A stretch of DNA of 62,988 nt, counting the filler, from Choristocarpus tenellus KU-1152 (lineage: Eukaryota; Protista; Phaeophyceae): assembly GCA_964200185.2 (NCBI GenBank). It is 9 parts of 9 records of this genome, joined end to end, with 100 filler letters (N's around TTAATTAATTAA, not from the genome) between each part and the next. Parts side by side here need not be neighbours in the genome. Positions count along the whole stretch, not along the records: positions 1 to 16,299 come from CAXNAD020000844.1; positions 16,400 to 20,598 come from CAXNAD020015733.1; positions 20,699 to 25,684 come from CAXNAD020012270.1; 6 more parts are not named here. One strand, written 5' to 3'. This document shows positions 12,029-23,803 of the stretch, piece by piece. The translations under genes were made by a program, and so were the position numbers. The notes beneath the pieces were generated by a model, which did not search any database, had not been told where the DNA came from, and worked only from the letters and a program-made list of their open reading frames with translations. Every line of letters begins with the position of its first letter. Position 1 is the first letter of the stretch.

Positions 12029-14705
12029 ATGAGGGTGGTTTTAGGGCTTGTTCTTCTCCTATATGTTGCAGACAGGAGTCAGAAGATCTTGGGGGGTAGT
12101 GAACCTACTCGTGGTGCGAGAAATCTGCTGTTTATGGGACCCTTTGGACCAAACCCCGTCGAGGAAAACTGCCACAACGACATTGAGCGACTGTGTGCAG
12201 AGGTACGATCACATGCATTCCTTCAATATCATTTCTGGCATCTTATAGAGTGCATTACCCACCTGGACTTTGTTGACCATTCGCTTCCATTATTATCAAA
12301 AGGAGCATCACCGTGGACCACCAACGCTTGTCGCCTGTCTGCGGGACAACTTTGCGAATCTATCGGAGAGTTGTGCAGATGCTGTAGCTCACAAAACACC
12401 ACAGAAAGGAAGAAGTGAGCTAATTCCAGGTTAGTATTCCGGGTTGTTAATCGGTGCACTGGTCGGAAGCAAGACAATTGACCCCAATGTGCAAAGGCAC
12501 AACATCTGCGAAGTCAATCTCTTGGCTGTTACACAATCTATATAATTCAATTTTGTCTCGCATGCCTCATTGGCTCCTCGGACAACTTTTGAAACTGCAA
12601 TTGCTGTGGATATACTTCATCAACAGATAGTTCATACGTGACGTACGGCCTTGTAGTGCATGTAGCCTGATCCTGGGCCTTGATCCTGGGCCTTGATCCT
12701 GGGCCCTAGCATGAGCCTAGATGGTTGTAGTACGTCCTATTGGACTTCCTGTCAGTACGTAGCCATCATTACCCAGATCTTTGTGCAATAGGGAGGAATA
12801 ATAGATCCATTACTTCCAATGAACTCTTCATACATCATGTTGCCGTTTTTATTCCCAGGGTCAATGCTGGAAGCAGAAAACAAGCACTTAACCAGGGGAA
12901 TTACTGGACTCTCAATTGTTCTCCTTGGTATACCCCTGTTGGCATCTATGGTGGCGCTAGCCAAGGCAAGGTTTGTGCTCTTCGCATCTTCCTGTGTATC
13001 CTGGCAGTTTGGAGCAAGCACTTACTAGCCTTGCAAAGGTGGCTGAGTGTTTGTGATGGAGAGTTTTCATTTTTTTGGGGTGTTTACAATGCACATGCAA
13101 CATCATCATCTCTCCTCTCCAAAGGAAGAGCATCGTTTTCTCTTTGAATGCCCCTCAAACTTGTCACCTCCATAGAGTGTATCTCTATACGAGGGAGTTC
13201 ATTCAACTCTTCCATCCTCCCTTTGAGATCGTAGTGAAAACCTTCTGGCAGTTGAACCTCCCCTCCCCCCATTCACTCCTCCCCTTCTTTTCTCCTTTGC
13301 AGGAAAACCAGAGCCCTAATCAATGATTACCTTCATGTTGTGGAGGACCGCAGCACACATACCACAGGGCGGGATCTTTCCCCACCCATTTCCGTTGCCT
13401 ACGACAATGAGGCTGACCATGGCATAAACGGCCATGAGTCGTCCAACAGGAGCTTTCTTGCACCGTCAACGCCACAACTCTCCCTGGAAACCCTATCCCA
13501 CTCCACGGATGTAGTGAACCCTCCTATGCTGTGTAAGGTGGCCTTTGCTCACCTGTCGTACTGGACTCCTCTGCCCCCTCGGAGCAGGCACAGGGGGCTG
13601 TCGCGGGGCAAGCAGATTCTACGAGACGTGTCGGCCTGCTTATCCCCTGGTGTATCAGCTGTGATGGGACCTAGCGGATGTGGGAAAACGGTGAGGGTCA
13701 TGTGATGTGCTGGATGAGAAGGGAGCCAAGCCAATTGATTGGGTAGGCAGGTTTGGACCCTTTCTCGTTCCAAGTCATCTTTCTTGCCCTGTGCAACACA
13801 TTGTATTTCATTGCTTTTGTGTACACAAAGTGGTGCAAGAATCGATAGTCCCTATTTACACAGACAAATGTGACACCACGGTTAAGCAAAGTGTCTTTCT
13901 GTAGTTGTACAAAATGACCCCTATTTTATTTTTCTTGGGATCCTTAGAATGTGACCCTGCCTACCTCTCAGTTGCTTTGACTCAGGGATGTAACTCCTCT
14001 GCCTCTACTGCCTTGCTCACTTCAAGGCCGCTTGTAGGTACAGACGAACGCACATACATATACGTACATATGGTATGTACGTATATGTATGTATGTACAC
14101 ATAACACAAACACATCCGCACTTACATACACACACATTTATGTACACATCCCTGCCGGTGTCCATATTCTGCTGACGGTTAAGTCTTTTGTCGGGTTACT
14201 TTTTAAGCGTGGGTTTGCCAAGGCGAGTTTGGGGACGTGACCTCAAGCCTGTTTTCATCTCCCCCATTGTCCTGAACCCCAGCCCTACGTACAAATAGAG
14301 TCATTCCTTTAATAGCCGGATACACTTTTTCGAGCGAGGTCCTAAACAGGGTGGACGTTACAAGTCAAACTGTCATACTGCTTCCCCTCCTCCCTGCAAT
14401 CACGTTCTACAAACGCCACAGTTCCACCGCCTTGCCATCACATTTTCCAAAACCTCATACCTGCCCCCCTGCCCCCCTGCCCCCCTGCCCATGTTCCGTC
14501 CCCTGTGACAGACACTTCTCAACCTTCTAAGCGGGCATGCACAAGCCGGGACCTTGTCCGGCTCTCGCCTGCTGAATGGCAGGGCAGTTGAGCGAAGGGT
14601 GTATGACTCATTCATGAGACAGCAAGGCTACGTGCGGCAGTCGGGGATCCTCTTTGAGGGACTGACAGTGAGTCATTGCCCCGTATTGTTTTGGAGAGAG
14701 GGACG

Positions 14706-14765
<60 letters not shown>

Positions 14766-15502
14766 ACCCCCACAAATTTGGCGCCCTCCTTCTCCCCCCC
14801 CCCGGGGGGGAGTCATTGCCCCGTATTGTTTTGGAGAGAGGGACGGTCCCCCCCCCCCCTGCCCCCCTGCCCCCCTACCCACTTTCCCGCTAACCTTCCC
14901 AACACATTGACATAGTAGGCGCTCTGTCTGTGTCCACCGCGGAGGATGAGATGAGATGAGATGATGGTTGGATCGTTCCTCTCCCGTTCTTCTCCTGTCC
15001 ATTGCTATCACCTTTGCGAACCAATTTTTTTGTGTTGCTTGCTTTTGAATGCGCTAGGGGGCTAAGTACACCACCGGAGGTCCGTGGATGATAGTTGAGA
15101 TCTTGTTGGCAGCGACGAGGTGGGGGGGGGGCATGGTACACAACTGCGGTGAAGAGAGTACCCAGGGAAAAAAATCCAACCGGGAACAGAACTCCTCCTC
15201 TGGAGTAGTAGTGGAGTAGTGGAGTAGTGGAGTAGTGGAGTAGTGGAGTACACCTTCAACCTCTAGTTTGAATGATTAGACGTAGCAGTTCGGTCTCCAT
15301 CGCACATTTTATTATTATTATTATTATTATTTTATTATTGTTATCATTATTGTTACTGTTATTGTTAATGTTATCATTATTATTATTGTTGTTATTAATG
15401 TTATTAATATTATTATTGTTTTTGTGGTGGGTGCGAAGTCGCTGTACGAGTACACTATGCTGCACACATCCATGCACACACTATTTCATTGTTTTTGGCC
15501 TG

Positions 15503-15533
<31 letters not shown>

Positions 15534-15943
15534 TTGTGTGTGTTTGTGTGTGTCTGTGTGTGTGTGTGTGTGTGTGTGTTTGTGCTTGTGTTTGTGTTTG
15601 TGTTTGTGTTTGTGTTTGTGTTTGTGTTTGTGTGTGTGTGTGTATGTGTGTGTGTGTTTGTGTGTGCTTACTCTGCTGACCTCCTTCAATCTACTCCAAC
15701 CGTAATTTTCTGACCTATCTCTTAACTGTTAAGCAGGTGTGGGAGACGCTGGTGTACTCGGCTATGCTTCGCCTCCCCAAGGTGAGCCCTGCCCTGCAGC
15801 TTCGCCGTGCCCGAGAGCTCATGGAGGAACTGGCATTGGAGTCAGTGGCCAACTCACAAGTAGGAGGGGAAACCGTGAAGGGAGTGTCTGGCGGGCAACG
15901 TCGGAGGTTGTCAATTGCATTGCAGCTCCTTTGCTTGCCATCG
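12029..15943 (+). CDS. ABCG/White-type ABC transporter, 5' part. Exons 12029-12202, 12303-12414 (or 12429), 12859-12970, 13303-13690, 14512-14667, 15737-15943; truncated by the gap at 16300
   Basis: Walker A AVMGPSGCGKTTLLNLLSG spans a splice junction. Q-loop GYVRQ, LTVWETLVYSAMLRLP and signature VSGGQRRRLSIA are present. Walker B and the C-terminal TMD were not found in the window. Linkage of the first three exons rests on phase compatibility. Confidence 0.85.
14670..14880. repeat. Poly-C tract (~55 nt) flanked by a duplicated ~40-bp unit
   Basis: gagtcattgccccgtattgttttggagagagggacggtcccc occurs at 14670 and 14810. Confidence 0.85.
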
Positions 15944-16130
15944 GTAAGGTTGTGTTAATGTGCACTAAGTGTGTTGTATATTGATGTGTACTAAGTGTGT
16001 GTATGTTAATGTATACTAAGTGTGTGTGTGTTGATGTGTACTAAGTGTGTATATGTTAATGTGTACTAATTGTGTGCGTGTTGATGTGTACTATCTGTGT
16101 GTGTGTTGATATGTACTAAGTGTGTGCGTT
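15200..16130. repeat. Intronic simple repeats: (GGAGTAGT)n 15201-15250, (ATT)n-like 15308-15425, (TG)n-like 15507-15666, ~26-28-bp minisatellite 15950-16130
   Basis: Directly visible. ABCG exon 6 lies among these repeats. Confidence 0.9.
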
Positions 16131-16221
16131 ATTAATGTATGCTTCGAATTATATACTTACATATGTGCGTATGTATGGTTGTTCACACTTTTTATTGTCT
16201 TTAGTCGTCCGTCGCCAGTTT

Positions 16222-16260
16222 CTAGGGTTAGAGTTAGGGCTAGGGTTAGGGTTAGGGTTA
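16222..16260 (+). repeat. Short degenerate (TTAGGG)n telomere-like run
   Basis: ctagggttagagttagggctagggttagggttagggtta. Confidence 0.7.
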
Positions 16261-16299
16261 TAGCATGTGGTGGAAGGGTGAGAGCAAGTGAGTGGGGGG

Positions 16300-16399
16300 N
16301 NNNNNNNNNNNNNNNNNNNNNNNNNNNNNNNNNNNNNNNNNNNTTAATTAATTAANNNNNNNNNNNNNNNNNNNNNNNNNNNNNNNNNNNNNNNNNNNN
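16300..16399. other. Artificial 100-nt assembly spacer (also 20599-20698, 25685-25784, 31378-31477, 38217-38316, 49552-49651, 53531-53630, 56594-56693)
   Basis: Identical N-run/TTAATTAATTAA/N-run structure; the 12-mer gives stops in all six frames. Confidence 0.98.
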
Positions 16400-18177
16400 C
16401 TTACTCCGCTAATAAATAAATCCATACAACTTAAAGCAAAGACTCTATTGGAAGAGTTCTCTTTTGCATAATAATGACAACGCCATGTGAAAGTTTATAT
16501 CAGCTTTCATTAACCAACCATTGGAGACCGGTAGAGAGGACCCACTCGACCATCCCTGGTTCATTGTCTCTATTTTTCATCCCTATATCCAATACCACTC
16601 CCACCTTACCAACATATAGCTTCCTTCTTAATACCAGTGATGACTCGCTCGTGTGCACCCATTGAATTTATATGTGGAAGTGTCAAGGTGCCAAAGCTCT
16701 CTGCAAAAGGGGGATATGACGATCACCAGACTGAACTCTTCCACCTCAAAGGGTGAGACCGAGCTTCACAGGTCGTGGCCCAACATCTCAAAGTCAGTTG
16801 AGGAAATCCAGAACAGAAGAGAAACCTTAATGAGCAATGGATGTCACAGAATGACTGCGCAACATCATAGCAGGAAGATTGATCAGTCAGAATCGGAATG
16901 GATCTTTGTTCTGACGGTCCTTCTGAATGTTCGGTCAAATCCGGAAACTTATAGGTATGTCGTGGTGTTATGGGCTGGTCGATACGGGCAAGTTCCAATG
17001 ACTTGGTTGGCGCGTGTGTATGTATATAGCCGCGCGTCATATCCACAAAATGTGTGTGTTGGAGATCCCAAAAAGGAACCTTTCCCTGACATTACACCCC
17101 CCCTTCAGTGTGGATTATATTCAATACAAACACAAAAGTCGCTGGTCAACACGTCATGTTGGACAGGTCCGTGTTCGGGAGGGAAAAATTGAAAATATCA
17201 TCCTGGCTGAATCAACTCAGGGAAAAGAAAAAAAATGATAGGTGGACCACTGGTGGTGATCAGTTCTAGGTTGCACTTTAGTCCAAGAGAAATCTGTGTT
17301 AACAATTGAAAGTGCGGTGAGAAAAATGGCGTGGACCTGCCTGTCTGTCTCCTACATGCCTCCGGATATCTGAGTGGATGAAGCTTAGGATCACAATACC
17401 TTTGGTACAGTCATAGATTGGGGAGTGTTGTGGGGATAGTGTCAACTATGATTGGAAAACTCAACACCTCTTTCTTGTCACCTCTTGTACAACAACTTGC
17501 CTCCAAGATTCTCGGACAACCAGAAAGTTGGACTTTGAATATTTGTTGTATGCGCATTTGTTTTGTCTCGTGCGAAAATAAAACACAATATTATACAAGT
17601 TGTAATAATATTTTGAATAATATGTATGATTCTCACAGATAGGATCCACCTGTGTTTGTGTCTCCAGATAAGAGCTACCTTTCTACCCCACGAGCCCCGA
17701 GTTGGCTGATAGACAAGCTCGAAATACCACCCATACTCACCTATGGTATGGTCTTCAAGAATTTTTCAGCATAGCTTCCGCCATCTTGACAGTGAAAAAG
17801 GAACATCTTCCTCACCTGTGGACTCTGGTGACAACTCACCAGGCCAGCAACCCACTAGTATACAGGCATTCATCGCACTTTTTGGTCCACAAGGAGGGAT
17901 ATCACAAGTATTAAAGGAGCCTTGGTTGCTATTAGGTTGACATCCGGTTGGTGGTAGTTCAAGTTATTCGGCTACTGTAGTGGCAGGTGTCTTTCTTTTA
18001 CAAGGAGTCGCTTGGTCAGTGGCTCTTACATTAAGGTGGTTCAACTTGTTCTTCCCTATAGGCTGCGACCATCTCTGCACATTAAGGTATTTCAGCGACT
18101 TTGTGTCATACATCACTGGCTGGTGAATATCCTTGAAGGGGAAGCCAGTATAAACAATTGCGATTGGTCTTTCTTCC

Positions 18178-18437
18178 AAGTGAAAGTATCTTAGAGGGTA
18201 TGAATTTTGCCCTGTTTGCCCATTTTGGGCTTGGCTTCCCACAGGTTATTTTTTTGATATTTTAGCTACTCTGAAATATTTCGGAGTAGGTAAAATGTGT
18301 ACATTATGAAATGGTTTGTCTGAACAAGAATATCCACATTTCCTAATAAACACGATAGTCAAAATTACATCAAAATCGCAACGTTGGGTTTTGGCCCCCG
18401 AATGGACGCGGATCTACCTTCTAAAATACTTTGACTC
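18178..18437. mobile_element. MITE family A, full copy, apparent 4-bp TSD TTCC
   Basis: ttcc-AAGTGAAAGTATCTTAGAGGG...AATACTTTGACTC-ttcc. Confidence 0.85.
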
Positions 18438-19337
18438 TTCCTATACCTGTCTTATGGTCAACACTGCCCTCTACACATTGGAAGACTAATAGGCACGTGC
18501 CTTTCACCTCATAAGATCCTCTCCATGGGGACAATAACTTGGGGTTCGGTGCATCAGCTGAAGTATGTGGGTTGTGAAGCCACACTTTATCTCCAAGCCA
18601 TACAGTGGGAGCTTATAGTCCACATTCTTAGATTCGTTCCTTGGTGTCATCTCACCAATATTGCGCGACGCTAATTCGTAAGCTAGCTGTAAATTCTCCA
18701 CTGTTATTGTAGTGTATTCTTGTTCGGTTATGGGGGTGGCCTCAGGGATCCCCAAAATAAGATCAATTGGTATAATTGGGTGCCTTTCAAACATGAGCAA
18801 AAATGGAGTTTCCTGAACAGTGGTATTATAGGCCGTATTGTGTGTTAACTGCACAAAGGGCAATAATGAGACCCTGTCAGATTGGTCCATATTTGAGTAT
18901 ATGACCAGCACACCATACATCGTGGAATGAACTCGTTCACATATGCTATGCCGTTGAGGTCAATATGCCGTTGTCTTGGAATTATGATACCCATACACCT
19001 TACGCATTTTCTTCCTTGGTCAGAGTGGAGTGTTTCAGGAAGACCAAAGAGGGAAAAAAGGCGATTGACAAGAACTTTAGCCACGGTTTTTTTCTTCTTC
19101 ATTTGCAATGCCAACCAAGAATACGAATATTGTAACATGTTCTACAGCGGATAACACATATTTTGCACCGTCTGACGTGGTCTTACACTTAACTTGGTCA
19201 ATAGCAAGCCATTGGAATGGACGTGTAACAGACACATATCCAGTAGGTAGCAGAGCAGGGGTGTGAGAGGTCTTCTGTCTTTGACATGACTGGCAAGTTT
19301 CGCACCATTTCCTAACATATTTATGTAAGGTCGGCCA

Positions 19338-20025
19338 CAGTCAAAGTATCTTAGAGGGTAGAGTCGAGTCCATATGCGGGCCAAAATCCAATGTTGCATT
19401 ATCAGGTAATTTTGGCTGTCGTGTTTGTTAGGAAGTCTCAATATCCTTGTTCCGGATACACCTTTTCATAGCCGTACTACATTTTACCTACTCCGAAACA
19501 TTTTGAAGTAGGAAAATGTTATAAAAGAACCCATGGAAAGTCGAGCCACAAATGGACAAAAAGGGCGAAACTCTTACCCTCTAAGATACGTTCATGGTGG
19601 ACCAAAATCTATCTATCTAAAAAAAGAGTGTCAAATACCTCTCTCCCCCTCCCTCCCCCAATGGTCTAACGAGGTCAAATGTGTGTTTGAAAGCAAGATG
19701 GGGCTCAACGTATCTGGGTTGGGGTGGCGACTGTCGGTTGGGAATCAATTTTTTTATGTCACGATTTTTGTGTGATTTGGTTGCATATGTCGGATGGATA
19801 ACATAAGTGTACATTTACTGGTTATGGCCCAAATGGACACCCTGGTGTAGACCACCCCCCTCCTTCCCTCAGATACCTTTGGTCTCCATTATTTGGGCCC
19901 TGACCAGGAGAAGTGAACTTACATTACCCATCCAACGCATGCAACCAAATTCACCCAAAAATCGCAACATGGGAAAATGGGCCCTGAATGGACAACCACG
20001 ACCCTCCCCGAGATACTTTGAGTCA
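19338..20025. mobile_element. MITE cluster: family A 19338-~19595, family B 19702-19884, partial inverted family B 19885-20025
   Basis: Similarity to the other copies, including the TIR cores AAAGTATCTTAGAGGG and GTATCTGGG. Confidence 0.85.
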
Positions 20026-20545
20026 TGACCTGCAACTTTATCGTCAAGTAGGGTTTCTAAAATTAAACCCTGGACTTCAGATAATGAAAAGACTGGTTTG
20101 AATTCAGCCACAATATCTAGTAATTCCTCTTGTTCAGAAAGCGTCAGCTGTGTATTTGCAAAAGCCTTCTTCTACAAACCTTCTTCATCTCATCTCTAGC
20201 TTGTTTTAGTCCTTCGGGAGTAGAGGGTGTGGATGCAACTGCACTTACAGTAACATCTGAAAGGGAATATGTGGTTGATACAGGGGACATATGACCAACT
20301 ACAAAATTCGCTGGAAGCTTGACCCCTTATTGAGATAAATTGGTAATTTTTATTAAACATACTCCATCTTCTTCCCAAACAGTGAGGGTTCGACTGACCA
20401 TAATATGTGCCCAGTGGGGATGCGTGTCGTCCTCTTGCTGAAGGTCTGTGCCCTCATGAATGGTAGGCTCCATCACTGCATTGGAGCTGTTCCTGTGAGT
20501 GCCTGAGAACAAACTGGGACAAGCGTTTCCGTGCCAGGGGAAAAA

Positions 20546-20728
20546 AATAAAGTATCTTAGAGGGTAGAGCCGTGTCCATTTGGGGACCAAAATCCAATNN
20601 NNNNNNNNNNNNNNNNNNNNNNNNNNNNNNNNNNNNNNNNNNTTAATTAATTAANNNNNNNNNNNNNNNNNNNNNNNNNNNNNNNNNNNNNNNNNNNNCC
20701 GACACCTCCCCCCCAGATACTTTGACCC
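20546..20728. mobile_element. MITE ends on both sides of an assembly spacer (A left end 20546-20598; B end 20699-20728)
   Basis: aaagtatcttagagggtagagcc before the gap and cccccagatactttgaccc after it. Confidence 0.8.
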
Positions 20729-21157
20729 CATCGTTCATGCACAGGTACAGGATTCGCAGTATTGGAGTCTTTGCTATCAGATTTCCTCGTTGAGCGCCGG
20801 AAATGGGTTGCCTTCTTTCGGGATTCAGAGCCCTTGTAGCCCAACCCTAACACCTTCTTTTTCGTTTCCTAAGCCACTCTGACTCACATAGCTTCCAAAC
20901 AGCTAGGGCCTGCTGCAATTGTCGACTACTGAGATATTCTACACCCCGGTTTTCACTTAGGCGTGTCCTGAGCGCAATTGGCACGTAGTCACATTGCTCT
21001 CCTCCCCAACGTTTCCTTTGACCGGCCACTCTAGTTCTCCCTTCGCCTGCCGTGACCAGGCTTCCCCACAGACTTATCACTGTACCACACCTGGTGATGG
21101 ACTCGCTGTTTTCTTCCTACTTTCCCGAGGCAGCAGAGACAGCAAAGCAGTACTCCA

Positions 21158-21356
21158 ACGTGGTTGAAGATCCAACCACGTTTGTGTGGTGATGTTTCCA
21201 ATGCATCTTCTCTCAGCGTCAGTGCCATGACGTCGTGGTCCATTTCGCGATTTGTGCTCTGACGTGGTTGAAGATCCAACCACGTTTGTATGGTAATGTT
21301 TTCAATGTATCTTCTCTCAGCGTCAGTGTCGCGACCGCGTGGTCCATTTCGCGATT
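21158..21356. repeat. 104-bp tandem duplication, each unit starting with a perfect 9-bp hairpin
   Basis: acgtggttg-aagatc-caaccacgt at 21158 and 21262, with the downstream sequence also duplicated. Confidence 0.9.
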
Positions 21357-21989
21357 CGATCATGCTGCTGCGCAACACTACTCGCACTTTCTCATCACCT
21401 AACATCGCACTGAGTTTCACACGGTACTTGTTTTTCCGTCCCCTCTCGACAGAGAAGGTGCCGAGGGTAGATCCAGAGAGCAGAGTGGTCTCGGCGACTC
21501 TCCTTGTCTCACCGTCGTGATTCATGTTGTTGTGTAAGTCACGTTTGTGTGTGCTCACAAAAAGTCTGCAAAAGAGGAAAATCTTAGGGGGGTTTTCTGC
21601 TTTTTTTTCGGTGAGGACCACACCAGCCAAACTTGGACAGCGACGTACCTCGGACCAGTTTTCTGGAAGAAGTTCAGCCAACCACTTCATTTTTACAAGT
21701 TTTGAAGAGTTGACCTTCAAAATTCCGGGGGAAATATTCCACCGCGTTTTTTCCGTTATTTTATCGGGACATAGTTCCCGTTCACCGATGTTTCTACATT
21801 CTTGCATACAAACCTTCAATAGGTCTTGTCATAAGCTTTCATTTGATACATATATTGTTGTATATCCTTTGCGGCGTCGTGGTGAAAAAAGGCAGAACTA
21901 CCACAGAGGGCAAAGCTACTGGTACCGCCTTACATTTATTGTGTAGTCTACGAAATCAGAAGGGTCGAAATGGAGGTTGCCTTGTGATT

Positions 21990-22285
21990 AACGCACCCAC
22001 TACGAAGTAGTTTCAACCTCAACACCTTCGGGGTGAGAAGTATTGGGCGGCTCAGTAGGCAAGCATAAATCGTTTTAGATTAGTTGGATGCACATGCAGT
22101 GGGGGGGAGATGGGCGGGAAGTTATCGCAGGAAAGGGGCTGTTAAGTCCCGCTTACAACATATAGTGTTCTCCACTGCACAAGTGACTCTCTCAAGACAC
22201 GTCATGCGTTTCAAGCTACAGACACCAAGAAAATGGGCAAGAAGGGGTCTGACAGATTCTTGGGATGCTTCCCTAGCTCCTCACC
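21990..22285 (+). mobile_element. Decayed 3' fragment of the RLE-type non-LTR retrotransposon found at 34000-34990
   Basis: HAVGGRWAGSYRRKGAVKSRLQHIVFSTAQVTLS aligns with HMVGGRGTGGYSRKGAVKSRLDQIVSVSTQVALS. Both share the end ccctagctcctcacc. Confidence 0.8.
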
Positions 22286-23449
22286 TACTTGTGTAGGGCT
22301 CATGTACACAGAAGTGTGTCGTTTCTATCACTGGTTCGAGATTCCTGTGTACCCTTTCATTATGCTTTCTTACAATGAGTGGTGTGTTATCGAGTGGTCT
22401 TTGTTGTGCCAACTACAGAAAACAACACAACCTAACTCTCCGCTGACTATCTCATGGTGCCCACCCCCTTCCAAGCATGGTGGCTTACATCGAACAGTGA
22501 TGTATTCAGCGAGCACGTTACACGCCTCTTCGATTTCGGCTAGGGCAAGCTTCCGTCACAGCACCTGTACAACTGGTTCGATTTCAGGTGGGCGAAAATG
22601 TTTACCTGGAGGCCTTTGCCTTAGGAGACAGGCGAGTTAAGCATCGCAAACCACCTATCTGAGGATATCAATGATGCGGATGAACAGAGTCCCTCAAAGG
22701 AGGATATACAAGGGATTACTTCCAGCAACCAGCCCCAGAGATTGAAGAGCGGTAAGGTAAAGGGGAAGTCAAAGAAAACTAACAAAGCTCTTGGTAGTGA
22801 TATGTCCAGTGCAGTGAAGGATGGCGTCAAGACCCTAACCAAATACACGAAATCTTTACATTCAACTACTGATACATGCCCCATCACAAGCTTATTGTGC
22901 TAGAACGTAAAAAGGTCAAAGTCCCAAGATGCATGGGTTGGAAAATGCTGGCGGGAGTAGTGGATCTGCCCTACATGAACCCGAGATACCTACTGGACAT
23001 GTACAAGAGTGCCTTACCAAAGCCTATGACTGTGGTGGAGAGAGGGTTAGGCTCTGAAGTAGAGGTGGTGGTGGAGGAACATTAGAACATTAGGGTCATG
23101 AAGGTGTTTTTCTGCACTGACTAGAGTTGGGTTTGACTGGCAGAGCGCTGATAATTTGTTTTAGTCACCTATGGTCTGTGAAGAGGCTTGTCACCTTGAT
23201 GGAGAAGGGTTTCTGAAGATGTTTTGACTCTGTATATATTGCATCCAGGTTTGTATCAGGCACACTTAATGCAGAGTGAGCTTGATGTCCTTAGAAGGGG
23301 GCAATGCCACCTAGAAAAAGAATAATCGACATATGAGAAACAACTGATGGCTCTGATGTGAATATCAAAGGAAAACAAAGAGACAAAGTTGAATCAAAAT
23401 CTAGCACGATCCATATATGGCACATATACTCTGCTTGTATGTTTGACAG

Positions 23450-23803
23450 ATGTCGACCTTTCCATACTTCCTATGCACCATGATGTTCTAAACAGTAATT
23501 GATGATGCTATAATGGGTGCTAATGATGTATATGTGACTAACGATCAGTACCGATGTGCGAATCAACAGTCAGTATGAACTGATAATACTGTATCGTATC
23601 AAGCTCATCAAAGATGAGTAGCCTATGTCGACTGTTGCATACTTTCTTTGCACCATGGTGTTCTAACAGTAATTGATGAGGCTATGATGAGGTGCTAGGG
23701 ATGTAAATGTGACTAATGACCACTACAGGTGTGCGAATCAACAGTCAGTATTTAACTGGTAATACTGTATCGTATCAAGTACAAAATAGATGAGTACCGT
23801 ATG
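23450..23803. repeat. 175-bp diverged tandem duplication
   Basis: Units start atgtcgac at 23450 and 23625 and share gtgcgaatcaacagtcagtat and taatactgtatcgtatcaag. Confidence 0.9.

Larger units (their letters stand above)
17900..20540 (-). mobile_element. Decayed Ty3/Gypsy LTR retrotransposon pol (integrase plus pre-RT segment), interrupted by several MITEs
   Basis: RPFQWLAID...KTVAKVLVNRLFSLFGLPETLHSDQG and LPFVQLTHNTAYNTTVQETPFLLMF are integrase core motifs. LTLSEQEELLDIVAEFKPVFS lies near 20100. Multiple stops and frameshifts. Confidence 0.85.

Noticed and set aside
14554-15713. Poly-Pro, poly-Gly, CV-repeat and poly-Leu ORFs
   Set aside because: These are translations of intronic homopolymers and microsatellites.
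16344-16355. Recurrent TTAATTAATTAA palindrome inside the N runs
   Set aside because: It is an artificial six-frame-stop scaffolding spacer, identical at eight sites.
15943-20598. Continuation of the ABCG gene beyond the first spacer
   Set aside because: No Walker B (LDEPT) or TMD exon was found, and the next segment is TE-derived.
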